A stretch of DNA of 64,000 nucleotides from Selaginella moellendorffii (Eukaryota > Plantae > Lycopodiophyta). A program made the translations under genes and the position numbers. This document shows positions 61,846 through 64,000 of the stretch, piece by piece (positions within the stretch are counted from its first letter, which is position 1; every line of letters starts with the position of its first letter). The stretch spans positions 186,001 through 250,000 of the forward strand of contig NW_003314381.1 in the NCBI RefSeq assembly GCF_000143415.4, given 5' to 3'. The notes below the pieces were generated by a model. The model saw nothing but the letters and a program-made list of their open reading frames with translations, had not been told where the DNA came from and searched no databases.

Positions 61846-61981
61846 ACCATTGTTGTTCTGGTATCAAAAAATTAAATCAGTAACCATTGTTTTCTTTAAA
61901 TGTTATCCTTAGGTATTAACGTGAACACAGGATAAAATATACACTCGTAAAGGGAGATGGGAATCACAATCCGTGAAGAGA

Positions 61982-64000
<2,019 letters not shown>

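Overview
Gene-dense land-plant nuclear DNA with very short introns (about 50-70 bp), intergenic gaps of about 100-300 bp, large intronless PLS-PPR genes and 100-N scaffold gaps. It most resembles the lycophyte Selaginella moellendorffii (inferred from style, not verified). About 20 apparently intact genes: DCL3-like Dicer (runs off the left edge), TOG/ARM protein, LEA_2/NHL, PLP3, a BC-box-like microprotein, INO80, class III peroxidase, NOC4, an RMF-like F-box protein, TMEM131-like, an integrase-Zn/FAR1-like protein, two PLS-PPRs, tRNA-Lys(CTT), RETICULATA-related, GLB3, a UGT and an ADH-like gene. Three accessory zones interrupt them. (1) An AT-rich island at 9-10 kb with a decayed small secreted protein of microbial type. 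(2) A collage of gene fragments at 33-38 kb (kinesin-7, RanBPM, PPR pieces copied from the neighbouring genes). (3) A 15-kb AT-rich block at 46-61 kb built from local duplications in which CpGs have been almost completely erased. This block holds an intact, very AT-rich 312-codon ORF (unknown domain fused to a GNA/bulb-type lectin), its dead twin, a Crinkler-like nuclease/kinase pseudogene, thioredoxin-f and ERECTA fragments, Helentron/HINE-like elements and a perfect 55-bp hairpin. Exon boundaries, family calls and composition were read by eye; no searches were run.
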